From: Octopus sinensis | Lineage: Eukaryota | Length of the DNA stretch: 64,000 bases | Direction of reading: 5' to 3' | Assembly: GCF_006345805.1 (NCBI RefSeq) | Contig: NC_043000.1 | Location: forward strand, 112,282,001 to 112,346,000 | Shown here: in pieces, positions 38,076 through 51,167 of the stretch | Position numbering within the stretch: the first letter of the stretch is position 1 | Layout: each line of letters opens with the position of its first letter | The notes under the pieces: model-generated | The model's input: only the letters and a program-made list of their open reading frames with translations | Told to the model about the DNA's origin: nothing | The model's database searches: none | Translations under genes and position numbers: made by a program

Positions 38076-38714
38076 TTACCTATCTACCTATCTCTCTGCC
38101 TACCTTGTTAGTCATCTCTCTCTCCCAAATATGCTCACACTCTATAAATATAACCCATGTGTTACCATTTCCTACATAATCTTATTACACAACTCACACA
38201 TTAATAAAAACAAAGTTATTAATTTATGAATGAATTTTACAACTACAGGTTCCCACCTGAAACTCTGTCAGACATCATCTTCTGCTCGCATGGTAACCAC
38301 ATCACTAATTACAATATGAACCACCTGTCCACCTGTCAATCTCGTTTGTCTAATCCGGTATCACAAATCCATTTGAAGCTATTTTTAACTGCACTGCTTT
38401 ATCTTCATGATCAGTAATGAACAATAGTCATGTACTTTGAAGGTTCAAGTCCTCTGAGTGGATCTCTTGCTAATATCTGATCCAAAATTTGTGTTTATAA
38501 AATTACTTCTGGAATATTTAGCTGCTATGTCTAGCAGATGAAGTGACCAGCTCCATAAAGGTTTCTTCTGTAGTTCATCTAATTAGAATTAATTATCCTA
38601 ACAACTGGCTATTCTTTGATATATATTAATGAATTTAACCCTTGGCCTATTTGTACCCTTTTTAAAAACAATCAGACTCACTAGAAAACAGTGTCATGTT
38701 AAAAACTGGCACTT

Positions 38715-38985
38715 TCTTGGTTCCAGTTGATCTGGAACAGGTTGCTCATGTAATTACCGTGCAAGTGGCTGAGTATTCCACAGACATGTGTACTCTTAGC
38801 GTTGTTCTTAGGGAGATTCAGTGGCACAGAGTGTGACAAGGTACTACTCATTTTTGCCAGCTGAGTGGACTGGAGCAGCGTGAAATAAAGTGTCTTGCTC
38901 AAGGACACAATGACCACCAGAAATTGAACTCACGACCTTACAATTGCGAGCTGAATGCCTTAACCACTCAGCTACGTGCCTTCAC
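38715..38985 (-). mobile_element. SINE family B, tail variant 2
   Basis: cagctgagtggactggagcagcgtgaaataaagtgtcttgctcaagg..ccttaaccactcagctacgtgccttcac. Confidence 0.75.
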
Positions 38986-39063
38986 CCAGTGACCTTATAC
39001 TTATCACACATTATCCCTTGATGCAAAGACATGCTTCCTCATCTGTTGTTATTTTTGTTCATC

Positions 39064-39104
39064 CTGATGAAGACTGGAGGGTATATCAGCCGAAACGTTG
39101 TGTT
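39064..39104 (+). ncRNA. Hammerhead motif with intact core (family of 665-861)
   Basis: CTGATGA-a-gactg-gagggtatat-cagcc-GAAA-CG-TT-gtgtt; 5' strand of stem I lost. Confidence 0.55.
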
Positions 39105-39424
39105 AACAACAAATAAGATGAGGACAAATATCTGTCAAATGTAAATAATGTACATAATTCCTCATCTCTCAAGTATAGAACTGTATGTGTAGGATCTTTA
39201 TAAAGTTTTGAAGTTTGTGTTGTCCTGACAACAAACAACTGACTTGATCAGTTTATCCAGGATTCAATAATTTTGAGCATGGAAAAAAATGCTTCTGAAA
39301 GTCATGGGTGCTGTGTTGTTTTTTTGATTTTAGAAGCATGTTTATGGGACGTAGAGATATTGAATTAAAAAATGCGGCCAAAATACTTGTTGGAAAAACG
39401 GTGGATGATTTTGTGGGCTTCTGG

Positions 39425-39965
39425 AGGGCAGTGAGCTGGCAGAATAGTTAGCGTCTGGCAAAATGCTTGGCAGTATTTTGTCCATCTTCGTGTTTTGAGT
39501 TCAAATTCTGCTGAGGTTGACTTTGCCTTTCATCCTTTATTTCTTTTTTTTTGTCGCCCTTTTCAAGCCTAGCCAGGTTCATGGGCCCAGTTTCCTGGTT
39601 TCTGTGGCGTATGTGTTCCCCCCAGCTGGATGGGATGCCAGTCCATCGCAGCATTACTCAAGAAACAGGAAGAGAGAGTGAGAGAAAGTTGGAGCGAAAG
39701 AGTACAACAGGGGTCGCCACCACCCCTGCTGGAGCCCCGTGGAGCTTTTAGGTGTTTTCACTCAATAAACACACACAATGCTTTGTCAGGGAATCGAAAC
39801 CGCGATCCTTTGACCGCGAGTCCACTACCCCAAACACTGGGCCATTGCACCTCCACCTTTCATCCTTTTAGGGTTGATTAAATAAGTACCAGTTGTGTCC
39901 TGGGGTCGATGTAATCAACTTACCCCTTCCCTTGAACTTGCTGGCCTTGTGCCTAAATTTGAAAC
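39425..39965 (+). mobile_element. SINE A interrupted by minus-strand SINE D (39539-39855)
   Basis: 13-bp TSD cctttcatccttt at 39526-39538 and 39856-39868; D has its own tRNA-like head and shares the family-B tail. Confidence 0.8.
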
Positions 39966-40830
39966 CTATTTTAAAAAGTACCATTCGAGCGTGGCCAATG
40001 CCAGTGTCACCTGACTGGCTCCCATGCTGGTAGTACGTAAAAAGCATCCACTACACTCTCGGAGTGGTTGGCATCAGGAAGGGCATCCAGCTGTAGAAAC
40101 ATCCACACTTATGGTTCACAACTCCAATCTGGAACACCTGTCCTGCCCAGAATATCGATTTGCTAGGAGTTGTCTGAAGACATACAACCAGACAAATACC
40201 TTCTATTAGTCACTATATCTTGAACATTTATTCTCTGGGCACCGACACAAAATCTTCAAGCTTTAGCAGCTGACTTGGTATAATCCCACAAAATATCATC
40301 ATCGTTTAACGTCCGTTTTCCATGCTGGCATAGGTTGGATGGTTTGACTGAGGACTGGCAGGCCAGAAGGCTGCACCAGGTTCCAATCCGATCTGGCAAG
40401 GTTTCTACAGCTGGATGCCCTTCCTGATGCAAACCACTTCCATCCATGTATATGTATATAGACACACATATATCTGGATGGAACTTGTGGAAGACAGAGA
40501 CCCAGGAAGACATGAGACAAAGTATTAAAGTTTGATCTCAAGACACTGAGCCTTACAAAGGAGATGGCAAAGGACTGAGGTATCTGGCACATTGCTATGC
40601 TCAAAAAGACCCATCCGCCACAGCAGAATTGACACCCATGCTGGTGCCGTGTAAAGAGCAGGCATGTTGGTGCCACGTTAAAAGCATCCAGTACACTCTG
40701 TGGAGTGGTTGGCATTAAGAAGGGCATCCAGCTGTTGGAACCGTGCCAAAACAGAAAATGGAACCTAGTGTGGGCCATGGCCTTGTCAGTGCCAGTCAAA
40801 CTATCCAAACTATGCCAGCATGGAAAACAG

Positions 40831-41040
40831 CCATCCAAGAATTTGGACCTGGAGATTTCCATTTTCAGCGACTTCAAGGGCCACCTCCCAGTGGTATCGG
40901 GCGTCAACGAAGAGCCCTCGACTACAAGACGACCAAAGTTTTTTTTTCCAAGGTCTGGGGTCTCCCGCCCCTAAGCTCTAGACCATCACTTAATCACCCT
41001 TATCCGGCTTGTTGCTTAATAACAACAACAACAACAGCAA
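40831..41040 (+). mobile_element. Unclassified 210-bp retroposon with (AAC)n tail inside an RTE tail
   Basis: 15-bp TSD cagcatggaaaacag at 40816-40830 and 41041-41055. Confidence 0.75.
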
Positions 41041-41738
41041 CAGCATGGAAAACAGACGTTAAATGATGATGATCATGATGATCAGGATGATCATGATGAT
41101 GGTGGTGATGATGATAATGTGTGTGCACATGCATATATATATATATGTGTGAGTGAATATATATATGCACACACACACACCACACACACACATACATGCA
41201 CACACACACACGTGCACACACATAGCTATACATGTTATATTTCTCTGTGTGGGGTGTACAGAGAAAAATAGAGAGAGAGAGAGAGATGGAGAGAGAGTGA
41301 GAAGTAACCATGTATTTATGTGTGCACGGAGGGCTGGTGAGGTCGGGTGCCAGTCAGTCTATAAATACTTCATAGAACTTAATAAAACAGCAGGAATTGT
41401 CAAAGACTGGGGTATGTTTTGTTGGGGAAGGATCGTGTTAAACAAAATATGGAATTTATAATGACAAAGTAATGTAAGAGTGGAGGAGGGTAGTGGTGCT
41501 GTGTCCTGCTCTCCCTCACGCCCTACTCATGGGTCGCTCTCGGGGTGGCAGGTATATATCTTATATTTTATGGGCCATTAATTTGGTAAATTATGGGGGC
41601 AAATATGACAATGTCTCTCTCTCTATCTTTCTCTCTCTCTATCTTTCTCTCTCTCTCACACATACACACGCATGCACACACACACATGCATACACACACA
41701 TACATGCATGCACACACACACACATACATATGCACATG

Positions 41739-41770
<32 letters not shown>

Positions 41771-42411
41771 TGCATGTACTCACACACATATATGAAGTTG
41801 TATTTATACAGAAAAAGAGAGAGAGAGAATAAGAAGCTTGAGTGTGTGAGAGAGAAATTGTGTGTGTGTGTGTGAAAGGGAGAAGAGGGAAAGAAAGAGA
41901 GAGACAGAAAGAGGGAGAGAGAAGGAGAGAGAGAGGGAGAGAAAGAAATAACAATTAATACATGAATAAGAATTTATTCTTTTATTTACTATTCTTTTGG
42001 AATTTGCATGTGTGTGTGTGTGTGTTTGTTCATGTGCATATATCAACCTGTCTGTCTGTCTGTCTGTCTCTCTGTCTATCAATCTATATATCTGGCTAGC
42101 TAAGTATCTTTCTCTGTATCTCTCTTTATATGCATATATATATGAATGTATGTGTGTGTGCATATATATATATATGGCACGTGTGTGTGCATATATATAT
42201 ATATGGCACGTAAAAACACCCACTACACTCGCGGAGTGGTTTGGCGTTGGGAAGGGCATCCAGCCGTAGAAACACTGCCTATCTGACTGGGCCTGACGAA
42301 GCCTTCCAGCTTCACAGACCCCAGTTGACCCGTCCAACCCATGCTAGCATGGAAAGCGGACGCTAAATGATGATGATGATGATGATGATGACGATATATA
42401 TATGTGTATGT

Positions 42412-42500
<89 letters not shown>

Positions 42501-42524
42501 ATATCTATATATATATATATATAG

Positions 42525-42559
<35 letters not shown>

Positions 42560-42563
42560 TATA

Positions 42564-43596
42564 TACAAGATAAGAAAATGGAGAAATACATCTAAATCAA
42601 ATATCAGTTACCAGATAATACTCAATCACTGAGTTTCCGTGTGGATGTGTGGGTTTAGGGTTAGTTGTGGATGTGTATGTTTTGCTTGTGCGGTGTGGTA
42701 GAGGTCGGGCGGCTCTCAATTGACCAACCGCGAGGAAGATAATGATAATTTTAAATTCAAATCCAATAGTGTATTTATGTCATAAGGAAAATTACTAACT
42801 GGAACCCGGACATATATATACCGCTCTGGATCCTAATGTAAGCGTTATTAATAATATTATGAATAATAATAATGGTAACATTAATGGTACTGACAACGAT
42901 AATGATGCTAACTTTAATGACACTTTAGAAATTATTATGAAGTAATATAATGTACAATTGACTATGTATATTTGCATCTAGGTACTAATTTGTGTATGTT
43001 TATTATCACAATATTAAGTCGAAAAACTGAGACATTGGATGTGGAACACATATATATGTTTACTAATTTATATTATTTATTTATATAATTATGTATATGT
43101 ATATTTTTATATGTATAGGAGTGTGAGTATATGCACTCATATGTATATATATATATATGTTGTATTATGGGTATGCACCCACACCCATGTGGGTATATAT
43201 GTAGACTGATTTATATTACATAATCTCCGAAGAGGCCTTATGATATTTTTGTAAATGTCTCATTTATATCTCTATATTGACCAACCATAAAGGACTAATA
43301 TTGGTAAAATGAGACATACTTATCTACATGGTCGAAACAGCTGTAAGATGTAATCTATACTTATATTTATATTTACTTATATTTATATTCTCTTTTATAT
43401 ATATTCTACTTATTATACAACATTACTCGTTTAGGTACACTTCTTTATGTACATTCCTTTATATACACTGATTTGTTCTGCTTTTTATATTTAACCCTAC
43501 AGTCTCTTATGTGGTGGTTTAATAAAGTATGTGATTGAGTATTATCTGGTAATTGATATTTGATTTAGTTGTATTTCTCCATTTTCTTATCTTGTA
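42564..43596. mobile_element. Foldback (Penelope-like) element with 66-bp inverted ends
   Basis: 42564-42629 vs 43531-43596, 64/66 identical; internal gtc-GAAACAGCTGTA-ag hammerhead half at 43331-43347. Confidence 0.6.
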
Positions 43597-43910
43597 TTAG
43601 TAATTTGTGGTAAATCATTTTACCTTTGCCCATATAATACAGTAAATGAATTAACTGCATCGCAATCATTAACATTTATGTATTAATTTTGTTGGGTACT
43701 TCACTTGCAGTATATTGGATATATGTTATCCCATGGAGGGTTGCATTTACAACCCCTATCTCAATTTGTATATATATATATATATTATATATATATATAT
43801 ATATATAAAGTTAATCCAAACATGAAAACACAAAGAGAAAACACCACAACGTGAGGATGTAGAACAAATATAGTATTATTGGATGCTCAGGAAGGAAGGG
43901 AAGAAGGAGG

Positions 43911-43945
43911 GTTTTATGTTTCGAGTGGCGCTCTTCATCAGAAAC
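43911..43945 (-). ncRNA. Minimal type-I hammerhead motif
   Basis: gttt-CTGATGA-a-gag-cgcca-ctc-GAAA-ca-TA-aaac; core intact, stem III CG>CA decay. Confidence 0.6.
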
Positions 43946-44013
43946 ATAGGAAAAGGAAAGATCCAGAGAAGGGAAGACGGAGGAAAAAAAATCGCCAACG
44001 GTACACACGCAGT

Positions 44014-44054
<41 letters not shown>

Positions 44055-44055
<1 letters not shown>

Positions 44056-45283
44056 CGGGAGCATTAAACTCTGAAAATCTGCAGAAAACAACTTCCGTCA
44101 CTTTCCAGGGAGAAAAACTAGAAGTAGTTGATAGCTTCCATTATCTAGGTGACCAAGTCAGTAGTGGGGGTAGGTGCGTTGAAAGTGTAACTGCTAGAGT
44201 AAGAATAGCCTGGGCAAAGTTTAGGGACCTCTTACCTCTGCTGGTGACTAAAGGTCTCTCGCTCAGAGTAAAAGGCAGACTGTATGATGCATGTGTATGA
44301 ACAGCCATGCTACATGGCAGTGAAACATGGGCCGTGACTGCTGAGGACATGCATAAGCTCGTGAGGAATGAAGCCAGTATGCTCTGATGGATGTGTAACA
44401 TCAGTGTGCATACTCGATAGAGCGTTAGTACCTTGAGAGAAATGTTGGACCTAAGAAGCATCAGTTGTGGTGTGCAAGAGAGACGATTGCACTGGTATGG
44501 TCATGTGGTGAGAATGGATGAAGATAGGTGTGTGAAAAAGTGCCAATCCCTAGCAGTTGAGGGAACCCGTGGAAGAGGTAGACCCGGGAAAACCTGGGAC
44601 GAAGTGGTGAAGCACGACCTTCGAACTTTAGGTCTCACTGAGGAAATGACCAGCGACCGAGACCTTTGGAAATATGCTGTATGTGAGAAGACCAGGCAGG
44701 ACAAGTGAGTCCAGCCCACTTATGCGTGCTTTTCCTCCTTTGGACACACAAAGACCTGTTGAGGCAAGCGAAGTCGATATCGAACCACATCCGATGACAG
44801 GCACCCATGCCAACCCCACTTTGCTTGCGAAGACCTGTTCGGGCAAGTGAAATCGAAATCGAAATCGGAATCGAAATTGAACCAATCCTATGACTGGCAC
44901 CCGGCAGATGCCAGGACCCCTGGACTGGTGGTACGTAAAAAACACTATCCGAATCATGGCTGACGCCAGCGCCGCCTTGACTGGCTTCCGTGCCAGTAGC
45001 ACGTAAAAAGCACCATCTGAATCGTGGCCGAAGCCAGTGGCATGTAAAATGCACCAATCCGACTGTGGCTGTTGCCAGCCTCGCCTGGCACCTGTGCAGG
45101 TGGCACGTAAAAAGCACCCACTACACTCACGGAGTGGTTGGCATTAGGAAGGGCATCCAGCTGTAGAAACATTGCCAGATAAGACTGGAGCCTGTTGCAG
45201 CCTTCTGGCTTCCCAGATCCCCGGTCGAACCGTCCAACCCATGCTAGCATGGAGAACGGATGTTAAATGATGATGATGATGAT
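44055..45283 (+). mobile_element. 5'-truncated RTE LINE: ORF2 C-terminus, ~570-bp 3' UTR, (GAT)n tail
   Basis: RLYDACV..HGSETWAVT..QERRLHWYGHVVRM..GRGRPGKTWDEVVKHDL; stop at 44706-44708. Confidence 0.9.
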
Positions 45284-45288
45284 ACACA

Positions 45289-45506
45289 CGAAGGCGGGGC
45301 TGAAAAGTTCCTGGCTTTGGGTAAAAGAAAGTACAGGAAGATCATTTAATTATGATTTTATTCAATATATTCCCTTCTCAGATTCACACACTTATTGCAG
45401 CAGTCCTTCAGTTTTTCTAAGCCTGATCAAAGAACTCAAAAGGTTGGGCCTCTAACCAGGCTCTTCGTGATGCCCTTAAAACCAGGAAATTTTCAGCACC
45501 CCCTTA
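45289..45506. mobile_element. Non-autonomous mariner-type MITE
   Basis: Imperfect TIRs gctgaaaagttcctggcttt / aaaaccaggaaattttcagc, TA at the right flank. Confidence 0.6.
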
Positions 45507-45539
45507 TATATATAAGGGATAGCTTCCTCTTGGCCCATT

Positions 45540-46690
45540 GCTGAGTGAGAGTGGCCACCCTACTCGTTATCTCATCCCAGTTCTCCTCCATTTAGTGGTC
45601 CGGACAGAACCAGACTCCGAGCAATTTAACCTGTCCGTTGGTCCAGCGTCCCATGATGTAAACGCTGTGGGAATGCCTTGGGCTTGCTTCTCCAGGTGCC
45701 AAGCTGCAAGCTCACTGACATTTCCCAGTTAATTTTTGCTCCTATTACTGCTTCATATTCTTTTAGTGTCTCACTGACCAGGTCAAAATGCCTGTGACTT
45801 GACATTATCACGGTGATGTTGTCCGCATATGTGGACACACTCCTCCCGCATCCTTGATGAACCAAACGCATGATGTTAAATGGTCTGGATAGATGACCAT
45901 TTATGCAAACTACCAAGTGGATGCCGCTGTATAAGGCAGCGATCCAACAGCGGAAGATGGGACCGAAACCATCCACTTTAAGGACAGCCTCCAAGTAGTG
46001 ATGGTCTACCTTATCGAAAGCTTTTGATTGATCCAAATTGATCAGCACCCCACCCATGCCAGGTTCCTTAACTGCCCTATCTATGATATAGTGCATCAGA
46101 TGGATGTTGTCATAGATACTCCTACCTGGTAAGGTGCACGTTTGCACCTTATCGACTAGTTTCTTGATGACAAGTGCCAACCTCTTGGCTAACATGTTAG
46201 CCAAAATTTTCAAATCTGTGTTGAGCAGAGTGATGGGCCTGAAGTTATCTATGATGTTTCCCTTTGTTTTGATCTTTCTTTAGCAGTGCCACCGCTCCTC
46301 GCTTTACCAAGACGGGGATACTCCCATTTTGTTGCCAGTTGCAGTAGACAGCCACCAAGATGCCTCCAAACAAATCTGGCATATGACAATAAAGTTTGTA
46401 GGGCAGACCATCCAAGCCTGGCGACTTGTCTCCTGCATAGCCTGACATCTCATCCCATTCATTCGCGGCTGTGATGGGTCTTTCACAACACTCCGCCTCT
46501 CTTGCTGGTAGTCGTGGCGGGCCATGCAGGTAGGCACTAGAGTCCACTCTGCGTTCTGACCCACCAGTTTGGCAAAGTGTTGTTGAAAGGCCTCACACAT
46601 CCTTTTGAGCTCGAGTAATTTGTGCGCCTGCTCATCTGTCAGAGACCTAATGGTGACTTTGTTGCCTCATTGTGCCTCTGCCACTCGGGC
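45540..46690 (-). mobile_element. Tx1/L1-clade LINE RT fragment
   Basis: KSPGLDGLP..NFRPITLLNTDLKILA..LDQSKAFDKVDH..QGC..YADN; broken frames. Confidence 0.85.
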
Positions 46691-46860
46691 CTCTTGGGTA
46701 GCTCCAATGCCTTTTGATCCTCAGAGAGATAAAGATAGGTGTTTTACTGTACAGGAGATGCTTGGCAACCCCAGGAGGAAAAAGAGAGATAGATAGGTAG
46801 ATAGATAGATAGATAGATAGATAGAGACAGAGAGTGAGAGAGAGAGAGAAAGAGAGAGAG

Positions 46861-46911
<51 letters not shown>

Positions 46912-47529
46912 GATTGCTGTGGGGATGTATCAAGGCATATCCACAAAATACAGGGAAAACAGACGTTAAATGGTAATGATGATGATGGTGGTGGTGGTGT
47001 TGGTGATGATGATGATGATGGTGGCGGTGGTGGTGGTGGTGGTGATGATGCTAATGATAATGATGTGTATATTTTGCATGTGCACACGTGTGGCCAATAC
47101 TTGTTTAGGTGAGTGTGTGTTCACGTGCCCGTTTTTCTTTTTCCTTTTTATTTTCATTTTCAATTTATATATTTTCTCATTTGTTTATTTGTTTTTATTG
47201 AACTATTTCAAAAAACTATTTCAAAAAAATAAAAATAGTAAAAAAAAACACATATATTAGTCATGTGACCTCCTTGAACATTCCGCAGATAAATGTAATT
47301 ATAGTTGTAAACCAATTTATAGACAAGCAGCCTCCCTGACTTTGGAGCAGATTGCTTAGTGCCATGCACGAAACTTTTGGCCCCTGAGTCACTTTGTTAG
47401 GGTTATCGGTTGAAAATGTAAATAGAAATGAAATATATGTATGTCACATTTATATGGTGTTGTTGTGACAGCCCATGGCACAAAGTGTGACAGTCCAACC
47501 CTTTAGTGAAATTTACAGATCTAATATTT

Positions 47530-48283
47530 CAGACACGCATGTGTTATGTGTTTACATATGTAGTTATATGTGTGTGTGTATGTATATGTATATTTGAGTG
47601 CTTGTGTATGCATGTGTGTGTGTGCATATGTGCATGGCATGCCTGTACGTGTGTGTGTGTGTGATTGTGTATACATGTAAAAGCATATATGTATGTGTGT
47701 GTGTGAGTGTGTGTGCATATGTGCATGCCTGTACGTGTGTGTGTGCTTGTGTATACGTGTATGTATGCATATGTGTGTGTGTGTTTGTGTGTGTGTGTGT
47801 GCTTGTGTGGGTGTGTGTGTTTGTATGTGTGTATCTATGCTTGTGTGCATATGTGTGTGTGTGTGTATACATGTGTGTGTGCATATGTGCATTATATGTG
47901 TGTGTACGTGTGTTTGTGTGTGTACTAGATACAAGGCTAATGTGGGAAAAATTAACCCAAGGAAAATTAACCCTATGAACTGACCCCATCTGATCCTTAA
48001 TTCATTGAAATAGACTCATTAAAATGTCAAGTTTCATGGAGGAGTGGACCATGGCATGGGAGAGGGTAGGGGAAAGCTGGAGGGAGGGGATGTGTGACAA
48101 GAAGAAGAAAGGAGGGAGGGGATTTTGCAGGGTGTGGGGTTGGGTAAATTGGGGGGTAGAGAGTGAGACAAGAAGATATCGATGAATGATTATGGAAACA
48201 ACAGTAGGATGATGATGACGATGGTGATGATGAAGATGACCACGATAATGGTAACGACGATGACGATGATGATGGTGATGATA

Positions 48284-48324
<41 letters not shown>

Positions 48325-48387
48325 ATGATGACAACGACAATGACGACAATGATGACGATGACGATGATAATGATGATCATGATAACA

Positions 48388-48424
<37 letters not shown>

Positions 48425-48505
48425 GATGATGATGATGATGATATGATGACAACGACAATGATGACAATGATGACGATGACGATGATAACGATGATCATGA
48501 TAACA

Positions 48506-48547
<42 letters not shown>

Positions 48548-48715
48548 ATGGTGGTAATGACAACGACGACGATGATGACAATGACGATTATGTTGATGAT
48601 GATGAGGAGGAGGTGGAGGATTAAGAGAAGTGGGGAGACAATGCCAAAAGTAGTGGAAGAGGTGGTGGTGGTGGTGGTGGTAGTAGTGGTCTTGCTAGTA
48701 CTGACTTGATGATTG

Positions 48716-48786
<71 letters not shown>

Positions 48787-49470
48787 TCAGGGATGGTGGT
48801 GGGTGGTGTTGGTGTTGGTGTTGGTTGTGATTCTGATAATGATAGTGATGGTGGTGATGATGATGATGGTGGTGGTGGTGGTGGTGGTGGTCATGTCTGA
48901 ATGTTTCTCCTTTTTCTTTGCTCTCTCTGCAATCCTCTACCTGTTGGGATCACCACAACTGTCACCACAACCACAACCACCCACACCACCACTATTACTA
49001 CCACCACTGCCATCTCAACTCTGCTACAACAGCAACAACTATGGCTACTATCCTTGTCACCACAACCATCACCATCACCCCTCTGCCACACACACATACA
49101 CACATCAGCAACAGTCTTTGCCACTACAACCTCTGATAAACACCATCACCACTACTGCATATACTGTCACCATCTTCATTACAATCACATCAACACAACC
49201 ACCACAACTGGCACTACCACCAACACTACTACAAACACTATGTCCCCACTACAGCGACAACAAACCACTACCACTACCACCACCACCACTAATACATCAT
49301 AATAACCACCACTATAACTCTAAGTACTATCACTGTGAGGGGGAGGAACCACCACCACCACTGCCGCCGCCGCCACCACCGCCGCCACCGCCACCACCAC
49401 CACCGCCGCCGCTACCACTACCATCACCATCAATGCTACAACTACTATTACCACCACCAACTTATAGTCG
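47530..49470. repeat. Long low-complexity block: (TG)n then (GAT)n, (GGT)n, (CAC)n
   Basis: Direct inspection; source of many artefactual ORFs. Confidence 0.95.
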
Positions 49471-50526
49471 CTACCACAACCCCACTATTACCTCCCCCCC
49501 CCCAACAACTTTTATCACCATCTCCCCACCCACCACCATGGTTATCCTTCCTGCTATGTCAAGTGATCCCTATATCACAATTGTTCTGACTCATTGAAGA
49601 TTCTGTCTGGTTCCACACCCAACAACTTACCCTGCACCCTTTCTGCTCTCACAACCCTGGTCCACACCTCCTCCCTCAGCCTCTAAGTACATCAACACGC
49701 CCCCCCTCCACCATCACCACCATTAGATATATAATATACCTTCCCCTTCTTGCTCTCCTCCTCCTCCTCATCCCTTGATCGATAATGTCTGACAGCTGAG
49801 CCTCCATCCACCATTGACTAATTGCCATGCATCTAAAATGCACATACCTGCAGTAAACTTGCAAACTTGTGGGGGTGGAGGTGTATGGGTGTGTATGCAT
49901 GCATGTGTGCATGTGAGCATGTGTATGTGTATATGAGTGCTTGTGACAACTGATATCTGAGCATTCCATTATCTATGTGTCATATGTATGTGTGTGCATG
50001 TATAGATATATGTGTGTGTCGTCGTCATCATCATCATCATCGTTTAACATCCGCTTTCCATGCTGGCATGGGTTGGATGATTTGACTGTGGTCTGGCAAA
50101 CCAGATGGCTGCACCAGGCTCCAATTTGATCTGGTAGAGTTTCTTCAGCTGGATGCCCTTCCTAACGACAAGCACTCTGAGAGTGTAGTGGATGCTTTTA
50201 TGTGCCACCAGCACGAGGGCCAGTCAGGCAGTACTGGCACCAGCCATGCTCGAATGATGTTTTTTACATGCCACCTGCACAGGTGCCAGTCCAGTGGCTC
50301 CTCGCGCGAATATTTTTTCCTGTGTCACTGGCACAAGTGCAAGTAAGGCGACACTGGTAACGATCATGCTCGAATGGTGCTTTTTACGTGCCATATATAT
50401 ATACAACTGCTAGCTAGAAAACATATACATACATACATACATACACACATATATATATATGTTAACATTAACATACAGATACATACACACAGTCATATAT
50501 ATTTATATATATAAACATAAAAACAA

Positions 50527-50562
<36 letters not shown>

Positions 50563-51003
50563 GAGTATGTGTATGTGCCTGTATGTTAATGTTAATATAT
50601 ATATATATATGAAACAACCATAAAAAGATAGCCACACAATTATACGAAACCATTTATTAACTATGACTTTGTGTGTGTGTGTGTGTGTGCGTGTGTGTGT
50701 GTGTGTGTTTGTGTGTGTATGTGTGTGTGTGTATGTGTGTGTAAGGAGGCACAGTGTGGCTAAAGGACTAAGAGGTTGGTTTTGTTGGTTTTATTAGTAA
50801 ATGATGACGGTTGAATTGCTTCTGTGATCTCCAGTTTATCCTCTTCTCTGAAATTGCTGGCCTTGTGCTGAAATTTGAAGCCATTCTTTGCAAAAGACCA
50901 ACACAATTAAACTCTATGTGCAATAATTAATATCATGTGTTAATTGCTGTCGAGTGTTGCAAGTTATTTCTTTGCGAAAACAGAGAAATATATTTTCATT
51001 CAG

Positions 51004-51167
51004 CCATCCAACCAACCATCGCCTCCAACCAGACGACAACACAACGACACTCACAACAACATCGTTAACAACAGAAACACAAGCAACCAAGACAACAACA
51101 ACAAACGAATCAGAAGCAAACCCAAGAGCAGCCATCCAGCTGTTTGGATTCTGATTGACTCCAGAAA
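51004..51167 (+). other. Candidate coding exon (unverified)
   Basis: Acceptor tattttcattcag|, donor AAA|gtaaat, open frame PSNQPSPPTRRQHNDTHNN..SHPAVWILIDSR; CpGs retained. Confidence 0.2.

Noticed and set aside
48002-49597. Poly-M/V/H/P/T ORFs, including 264 aa at 48803-49597 and 56007-56537
   Set aside because: Trinucleotide low-complexity tracts (GAT, GGT, CAC); no domain signal
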